64,000 nt of DNA from Myxococcota bacterium (lineage in GTDB: Bacteria; Myxococcota_A; UBA796; UBA2385): contig JBIJDH010000017.1 in assembly GCA_044344255.1 (NCBI GenBank), positions 96,001 to 160,000 of the forward strand, written 5' to 3'. The notes under the pieces were generated by a model. It was not told the origin of the DNA and did not search any database. It was given only the letters and a program-made list of their open reading frames with translations. A program made the position numbers and the translations under genes. Each line of letters begins with the position of its first letter. Position 1 is the first letter of the stretch. This document shows, in pieces, positions 54,805 through 64,000 of the stretch.

Positions 54805-56304
54805 ATGAACCGCGCCGCCCTCGAAGCTGCCCTCGCCGGCCTCCGCTCTCGCGGGGCGATCAAGGCCTTCGGGGCCCAGGTGGACGAAGACGAACGGCTC
54901 CGCGCCTTGCTCGTCGAGCTCATCGAGCAGCGCGGTGAGGCGGTCGATCCCCTCGACGGCGGCAAACGCCTCGTGCGCCAAGCCCTCGATCGCGCCGATG
55001 AGGCCCAGGTGCTCGGCACCCCCATCCGTCGGGACGGCGGCTTCCTCTGTCAGCACTGTGGCGCCGAGGTCGCGGCCGGCGGCGCGATGGTGCGCGACCA
55101 CTGCCCGCGCTGCCTCCGCAGCCTGCACGTCGACCGGGTGCCGGGCGACCGCGCCAACGACTGCCAGGGCCTGCTCGACCCCGTCGCCCTCGACCTCGAG
55201 GGCCGCTCGGGTGTCGTGATCCGCTACCGCTGCCGCCGCTGCGGCGCCGCCTGGCGGGGCCGAGCCCACCCCGACGACGAGATCCCCCCCACGCTGAGCC
55301 CCGCCGATCTCCCCGGCCCCGCCGCCCCTACGGCCACCGACGGGCCGAGCGAGCGGGCGCGGGGCCTGCCGATGCGGGTCCTCGAGCTCATCCGGCGACA
55401 AGCGCTCTGGGCGCCGGGCGCGCGCGTGCTCGTCGCCGTCTCGGGGGGCCTCGACAGCACCGTGCTCATCGAGGTCCTCGCTCGAACGGCCGGCGCGCAC
55501 GGCGGTCGGCTCTCGGTGATGAGCTTCGACCACGGTCTCCGCCCCGAGTCGGTGCAGGAGGTCGCGGTGGTGGGGCGCGTGGCCCGCGACCTCGGCCTGC
55601 CCTTCATCGGCCGCTCGCTGGGCATCACCCCGGGGCCGAACCTCCAGGCCCGCGCCCGCGACGCCCGCCGCGAGGCCCTGCTCGCCCAGGGGGCCGACCA
55701 CATCTGCACCGCCCACCACGAGGACGATCAAGCCGAGACGGTGCTCTTGCACCTGCTGCGGGGCTCCGGGGCGGCGGGCCTCAAGGGCATCGCCCTCGCC
55801 GACCCGCCCTGGTGCCGCCCCCTGCTCCAGGAGCCGAAGGCCGTGCTGCGCGCCTGGGCAGAGCGGGAGGGGCTGCGCTGGACGGACGACCCCTCCAACC
55901 CGAGCTCCCAGCGCGGGGAGCTCCGGCGGCTCTTGCCGGCCCTCGACAACATCCACGGCGGGGCACAAGGGGCCCTGGCGCGCTCCGCCCGCCTTATCGC
56001 CCGCGACGACGCGCTGCTCGAGGCCCTCACCGAGGCCCGCTGCGCCCAGGCCCTCGACGCCTCCGGCCTCGACGTCGCCCTCACCCGGGCCGAGCACCCG
56101 GCCCTCCAGCTCCGCATGCTGCGGCGCCTCGTCCGGGCGTCGGGCTGCGCCGAGATCGTGCGGGCCGATCAGCTCGAGGCTGCGCTCCCCTTCGAGGCCC
56201 GCGAGGGCAGCGGCCTCCCGCTCCCCGGCGGCTGGTCGCTGCGGGTGGTGGGCGGCCGGTTCACGCTCCAGGGGCCCGCCGAGCCCGCGGCGTGCGCCCC
56301 CTGA
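54805..56304 (+). CDS. tilS: RNHCP-domain / tRNA(Ile)-lysidine synthetase fusion
   Basis: FLCQHCG...RDHCPRCLRSLHVD..PGDRA.DC...YRCRRCG, then VAVSGGLDS, DHGLR, TAHHEDDQAETVLLHLLRGSG, DDPSN. Confidence 0.87.
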   Translation: MNRAALEAALAGLRSRGAIKAFGAQVDEDERLRALLVELIEQRGEAVDPLDGGKRLVRQALDRADEAQVLGTPIRRDGGFLCQHCGAEVAAGGAMVRDHCPRCLRSLHVDRVPGDRANDCQGLLDPVALDLEGRSGVVIRYRCRRCGAAWRGRAHPDDEIPPTLSPADLPGPAAPTATDGPSERARGLPMRVLELIRRQALWAPGARVLVAVSGGLDSTVLIEVLARTAGAHGGRLSVMSFDHGLRPESVQEVAVVGRVARDLGLPFIGRSLGITPGPNLQARARDARREALLAQGADHICTAHHEDDQAETVLLHLLRGSGAAGLKGIALADPPWCRPLLQEPKAVLRAWAEREGLRWTDDPSNPSSQRGELRRLLPALDNIHGGAQGALARSARLIARDDALLEALTEARCAQALDASGLDVALTRAEHPALQLRMLRRLVRASGCAEIVRADQLEAALPFEAREGSGLPLPGGWSLRVVGGRFTLQGPAEPAACAP

Positions 56305-56322
56305 GCGCCGCGACCGGGAGGC

Positions 56323-59391
<3,069 letters not shown>

Positions 59392-59454
59392 CCGGACTAG
59401 TATCCTCTCCGGCGTCGCCCCATTCGAGACGATCTACGGCTTGACCGTTCCAGA

Positions 59455-60921
59455 TCAGGCCGCTGCCATCGGGAAGCGAGCGCGAAATGCGGTGCGGCGG
59501 GCCTCACTGGTCACCTCCACCGACCCTCCGTGCGACTGACAGATCGCCTTGACCAGGGCGAGGCCGAGGCCAGTCCCTCCGCGGTCGCGGGCGGTCGTGA
59601 AGAAGCGGTCGAAGACCCGAGCCAGGTTGGCTGGGGAGATGCCCGGCCCGTCATCCTCGACGGTGAAGCCCGTGGAGTCCCCCTCCCGCCAGCAGATCAC
59701 CCGCACGTTCACGCCGTCTCCGCCGTGCCGGAGCGCGTTCTCGACGAGGTTCTCGAGGGCCGCCTCGAGCTGCTCCCGGTTGCCCTCCACCGCCCCCGCC
59801 TCGCCGGCGCTCCGCACGCTGGGGTGCCGATCCACCACCGCCGCCGCCACGAGGCCCAAGGGCACCACCCGCCGCTCTCCGCCCTCTTCGGCCCGGGCGA
59901 GGCGGAGCAGCCCCCCCACGAGGCGGGAGAGGCGGTCGAGGTCAGCCTGGGCGTTGTCGAGGAAGAGGGTGCGCTGCTCGGCCGGCATCTCTTCGTCGTC
60001 GCGGAGGAGCTCGACCGTGCCGCGCAGCGAGCTCACTGGGGTCTTGAACTCGTGGGAGACGTTGCCGGCGAACTCGGTGATGTAGCGAAGGCGCTCTTGG
60101 AGCCGCGCGCTCATCGTGGCCATCGCCAGCGCGAGCTCTCGGGCCTCGGCGACCCGCGATCGGGTGGCGGGCTCGATCTCGACCAGCGCCGCGTGCTGAC
60201 CGGCGGCGATGCGCCGGGAGGCGAGCGCGAGCTGCTTGAGCGAGCGCGACAGCACGAGGCCGGAGGCCACCCCGAGGCCGATGGTGAGGGCGAGGGCCAC
60301 CGCGCCGCCCACGCTCAGGCGCGGCGCCATCTGCCAGAAGGTCTGGAGCTCCTCGCGCGGCGTGCGGGAGAGCACGACGGCCCCCACGATCTCGCCGTCG
60401 AGGCGCACGGGCACCGCGAGGTAGACCCGCACCGGCGAGCGCCGGCTGAGCCCGTCGATGGGCATCTTGCGGCTGTTCGAGTTGTCGCGGGGCCGGACGA
60501 CGAGGCCGGGCTCGCCCGCGAGGGCGGCCTGCACCTCCTCGGCGGACGAGATGTCCTCGCCCACCCCTCCGCCGCTCGTGGCCACGACGAGGCCGGCGGT
60601 GTCGACCACCCGAAAGCCAGCGAGGGTCGCGGCCTTGGCCTCGACCAGCAGCTCCGTCAGGCGGGGGGCCACGGCCTCGAGGGGGGTGTCCGCGCCGGCG
60701 TGGCGCAGCTCGGCGGCGACGTGGAGGGCGACGAGCGCGGCCTGATGCGAGATGTCCTCGCGGGTCTGGTTCTGGAGATCGGTGGCCAGGGCGCCGCTGC
60801 AGACGAGGGCGAGCACCGGCAGCGCAAAGACAGTGAGGTGGGAGAGGACGAGCCAGCGCTGAAGCGGCTGTACGAGGCGGTCTCTCAGCGCGCGCGGCGG
60901 CCGGGCGGGCGGCGCGGTCAC
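59455..60921 (-). CDS. Sensor histidine kinase, CreC-like
   Basis: Two TM segments, HAMP, NVSHEFKTP, NLVENALRH, FDRFFTT, GTGLGL. Confidence 0.88.
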   Translation of the reverse strand: MTAPPARPPRALRDRLVQPLQRWLVLSHLTVFALPVLALVCSGALATDLQNQTREDISHQAALVALHVAAELRHAGADTPLEAVAPRLTELLVEAKAATLAGFRVVDTAGLVVATSGGGVGEDISSAEEVQAALAGEPGLVVRPRDNSNSRKMPIDGLSRRSPVRVYLAVPVRLDGEIVGAVVLSRTPREELQTFWQMAPRLSVGGAVALALTIGLGVASGLVLSRSLKQLALASRRIAAGQHAALVEIEPATRSRVAEARELALAMATMSARLQERLRYITEFAGNVSHEFKTPVSSLRGTVELLRDDEEMPAEQRTLFLDNAQADLDRLSRLVGGLLRLARAEEGGERRVVPLGLVAAAVVDRHPSVRSAGEAGAVEGNREQLEAALENLVENALRHGGDGVNVRVICWREGDSTGFTVEDDGPGISPANLARVFDRFFTTARDRGGTGLGLALVKAICQSHGGSVEVTSEARRTAFRARFPMAAA

Positions 60922-61607
60922 CGACAGGGACCGAGGCGATACCCGAGCCCGTGCACCGTCTCGATGGGATCGACGCCGTGGTCACGAAACTTCTGGCGGA
61001 TGCGGCGGATGTGGGAGTCGAGCGTACGCTCGGAGACGTGGTGATTGCCCCCCGGGTAGGCCCGCTCCGTGAGCTCCTCCCGCGTGTAGACGCGCCCCGG
61101 GCGGGCCATCAGCACCCGCAGCAGGCTGAGCTCGGTGACGGTGAGCAGGACCTCGTGTTCTTCGGCCCAGGCGCGGTGCTCCGCGGGATCGAGCCGGATC
61201 CGACCGACGTGGAGGGCGGCCGGGGCGGGCTCCGGGGAGGGCTCGGGGTTCACGCGCCGCAGCACGGCCTTACAGCGCGCCACCAGCTCTCGGGTGGAGA
61301 AGGGCTTGGTGAGGTAGTCGTCCCCGCCGAGCTCGAGGCCGAGCACCCGGTCGAGCTCCTCGTCGCGGGAAGACAGAAAGACCACCGGGGTGCGGCTCGT
61401 GCGGCGGAGCTCCCGGCAGGTCTCGATGCCGTCGAGCTCGGGCATCACGATGTCGAGGACGATGAGGTCGACCGGGGTGGCGGCGTGCAGGCGGAGGGCC
61501 TCGGCGCCGTTGGTGGCCTCCACCACGGTGAAGCCCTGACGCGACAGGGCGTAGCGCACGACCTCGCGGAGGTGAGGATCATCGTCGACGACGAGGATGC
61601 GGGTCAT
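60918..61607 (-). CDS. OmpR-family response regulator, CreB-like
   Basis: ILVVDDD, LELGGDDYLTKPFS, RTLDSHIRRIRQKF, IETVHGLGY. Confidence 0.92.
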   Translation of the reverse strand: MTRILVVDDDPHLREVVRYALSRQGFTVVEATNGAEALRLHAATPVDLIVLDIVMPELDGIETCRELRRTSRTPVVFLSSRDEELDRVLGLELGGDDYLTKPFSTRELVARCKAVLRRVNPEPSPEPAPAALHVGRIRLDPAEHRAWAEEHEVLLTVTELSLLRVLMARPGRVYTREELTERAYPGGNHHVSERTLDSHIRRIRQKFRDHGVDPIETVHGLGYRLGPCR

Positions 61608-62146
61608 GAGAGGGCGATCTCCTGGAGGGCCCGGGCGCGCGCGCTCAAGTCGCGCATCTGCTCACGGACCGGCAGTGTATCGCCGAGCAAGGCCACGAGT
61701 CCCACCTGGAGCTTGAGCTGGACGAGGCCGCGCAGCACCCCCTCGATCTCGGCTGCGGCGTGGCCGCGGGCCAGGGAGAGGCGCTGCCCGAGTGGATCTC
61801 CTTGCAGGGCGGGGTCGTCGAGCAGGCGGTCGACCATCCCGATGCGGGCGTCGGCGGCGACGAGCGCCGCCCGGAGCCCGATGAGCTCCTCTGGGGAGGT
61901 GAGGCTGGCCGAAGGGGCCTCCCGCAGGGCGCGGCCGAGCGCCTCGAAGACCGCGTCGATGCGCGCCTGAAAGGGCCCAGCGCCGGCGGGGGTGGCCTCC
62001 ATCAGGCCGACCAGCAGCGGCCAGGCGACGAGGGCGGACACGGCGGTGGGGAGCGGGTGGCCTCGGCCGCGCAGCGCGACGCCGGAGCCCAGGCCGACCA
62101 GCCCGTAGAGGGCGAGGAGCACGATCACCGCGGTCCACGAGCTCAT
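61604..62146 (-). CDS. Hypothetical protein with two TM segments and a helical tail
   Basis: Overlapping start/stop codons with both neighbours. Confidence 0.7.
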   Translation of the reverse strand: MSSWTAVIVLLALYGLVGLGSGVALRGRGHPLPTAVSALVAWPLLVGLMEATPAGAGPFQARIDAVFEALGRALREAPSASLTSPEELIGLRAALVAADARIGMVDRLLDDPALQGDPLGQRLSLARGHAAAEIEGVLRGLVQLKLQVGLVALLGDTLPVREQMRDLSARARALQEIALS

Positions 62147-62892
62147 CGCGGCTGCCCGTCGTCGCTCGCCGGGTCTCCCGCAGGGGCCGCCGGGGGTGCC
62201 AGCAGCCCCCGCGACTCGACGTCCCAGCCGCCGTAGTCCCCGCCCGCCGACCGGCTCGTGGCGCCGAGGCCGCTGAAGACGTCCTCCTCGATCGGGCGGA
62301 GGAAGCTCACCTCGGCGTTGGGCCGCGCGACGAAGGGGCGGAGCAGCCAGCCGGTCTGGGCGAAGGCGAAGAAGAGCAACAGCGCGGACCCCACTCCGGC
62401 CAGGATCCGCATGTCACCGCCCCGCGGCAGGGCCCGCAAGAGCGAGAGCACGCCGGGCAGCCCGGCGAGGCCCAGCGAGCCGGCGAGCAGGAGCACGGCG
62501 AGGTGGTAGTCGATGTTCACCGAGTAGAGGAGCCACAGCACGGGGCCGAGGGCGGCGGCGAGGATGGCGCTGCGGGCCATCCCGGCCAGGGCGGCGAGGG
62601 AGAGCCGTGGCCAGGAGACGCCCACCCCGCTCGCCTTGTAGAGCGCGTGCACCGCCGGCAGGGAGAGCAGGGGCGGCGCGAGCAGCAGCAGGGGCATCTT
62701 CACGGCGCCATAGAGGAGCTGGATGTCGCCCTTCTGGGAGCCCACCATCAGGCCAAAGAGCGCGCCACCGCCGACAGTGAGGCCCAGGAGCAGCGGGGCG
62801 ATGCGGGCGAGCTCGACGGGGCGGTCGTGATCGTCGATGAGGCCGTTCGGATCGCGGAGGAGGCGGGTGGTGACGGCGAGGAGGTCGTTCAT
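62143..62892 (-). CDS. Conserved-looking polytopic membrane protein
   Basis: AVKMPLLLL...LSLPA and QTGWLLRPFV motifs; about 5 TM segments. Confidence 0.7.
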   Translation of the reverse strand: MNDLLAVTTRLLRDPNGLIDDHDRPVELARIAPLLLGLTVGGGALFGLMVGSQKGDIQLLYGAVKMPLLLLAPPLLSLPAVHALYKASGVGVSWPRLSLAALAGMARSAILAAALGPVLWLLYSVNIDYHLAVLLLAGSLGLAGLPGVLSLLRALPRGGDMRILAGVGSALLLFFAFAQTGWLLRPFVARPNAEVSFLRPIEEDVFSGLGATSRSAGGDYGGWDVESRGLLAPPAAPAGDPASDDGQPR

Positions 62893-62964
62893 GGCAGCTC
62901 CGAGGGGACACGAGAGGACAGGGACGCAAGAGGAGAGCGGCGAAGGGGGTCGAGGCAGGGCGGC

Positions 62965-63534
62965 TCAGAGCACGGCGTTGGCGAGGTCCCAGCAGAGCCG
63001 GAGGCCGATGAGGGCGGTGAGCGCGGCCCAGCCGAGCGAGAGCAGCACCATCCGTCCATGGGCCGAGATCGAGATCCCCTCCGACCAGGCCCCGCGCTCG
63101 AGGGCGATCAGGCGCGTCCAGGTCACGAGCAAGCTGTGAAAGCTGGCGCCGAGCACGCCCATCATCAGGATCACGGGGCCGAGCGCGCTCGTGGCCGAGA
63201 AGAGGAGGGCCACCGGGATGATGCCGAGGGCGACGTCTCCGGCCCGCCCGTAGGCCCCGATCACGAGGCCGAGCAGCGGCCGGGGGGAGGCGCGCAGGTC
63301 GAGGAACTGGTGACCGACCAGCAGGGCGGGAGCGGTGAGCAGGAGCGCCCCGGCGGGGGCCGCGAGGCTGAGCGGGACGCCCTCGCCGAGCCGCTCCGGC
63401 GACGAGGCCAGGGCCACAGCGGCGAGGCCGAGCCAGCCCGCGGTGGCCCGGACGAGCTCCGCCGCGCTCAAGGGCGTGGCGCGGTCGAGGGGAGAGGCCG
63501 TGAGCGGGACCGAAGGGAGGGCGGCGGATTCCAT
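62965..63534 (-). CDS. Hypothetical polytopic membrane protein
   Basis: AGGAG before ATG 63534; LLLTAPALLV segment resembles the neighbouring gene. Confidence 0.68.
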   Translation of the reverse strand: MESAALPSVPLTASPLDRATPLSAAELVRATAGWLGLAAVALASSPERLGEGVPLSLAAPAGALLLTAPALLVGHQFLDLRASPRPLLGLVIGAYGRAGDVALGIIPVALLFSATSALGPVILMMGVLGASFHSLLVTWTRLIALERGAWSEGISISAHGRMVLLSLGWAALTALIGLRLCWDLANAVL

Positions 63535-63718
63535 GTAGATCTCCTGTGGTTGTTCACCGGTTGACCCTCTCCACCTATGGTCGAGCCCTGCGCGCCCCGC
63601 GGACGCCCCGTGGCGGCCGCGCGGATCGATCGTGCAGGCCCGGTGCAGAGGGCCGCCGCGCCGGGAGGTCGCGGAGGACCGCTGGCCCCACCGACCGCCT
63701 TCTGGCAGCATCACGGCG

Positions 63719-64000
63719 ATGAACGCCGACCCGCCGAGCCGCCTCCCCTCGCCGCCCCGGAGGGCCGCGCCGATCGCCTACCCCTCCGCCCCGCCCCAGC
63801 GGGGTGGCTGCATGCTCGTGCTCACCTTCGCGGCGGCCCTCCTCCTGACCGCCACCTGCGGCGGCCTCAGCCTGTCACCCTGGTGGGGGGTGCATCGGGG
63901 CGGGGAGTGGATCGCCGTCGACGCGGGCCTCGCGCTGCCCGGCACCCAGCGGCTCGAGGGTGTGGTGGAGCTCGGGCCGAAGCACCGCCGAGGCCCCCTG
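63719..64000 (+). CDS. Partial hypothetical protein running off the window edge
   Basis: Open frame MNADPPSRLP...GGCMLVLTFAAALLLTATCGG... to the end of the window. Confidence 0.45.
   Translation, partial: MNADPPSRLPSPPRRAAPIAYPSAPPQRGGCMLVLTFAAALLLTATCGGLSLSPWWGVHRGGEWIAVDAGLALPGTQRLEGVVELGPKHRRGPL

Overview
This is a very GC-rich, gene-dense bacterial chromosomal segment. It is most consistent with a Myxococcota-like lineage, inferred from several MYXO-CTERM-like tails, FG-GAP proteins with DCDD (MopE-type) repeats, and DUF2330. I found about 45 CDSs and no rRNA, tRNA, CRISPR array or mobile element. Main points: (1) a sigma54-promoter-driven sqr / DUF1641-TusE fusion / DsrE-like sulfur operon divergent from a YceI / CxxCH-porin / surface-anchored CxxCH protein operon; (2) a TonB receptor plus two His-motif lipoproteins with a RegA-type palindrome upstream and a modA-regB-regA unit beside it; (3) unusual fusions SPATA20/YyaL + NHLRC2/SOQ1-like and RNHCP + TilS; (4) a Tgs1-like cap methyltransferase; (5) an orphan imuB with a LexA-type box across its start codon; (6) a recurring TANNNT-N6-ATG leaderless signature; (7) two internally deleted or frameshifted pseudogenes; (8) short tandem duplications at gene junctions and a cryptic 42-bp periodic array. 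All family assignments come from recognising motifs by eye, not from database searches.
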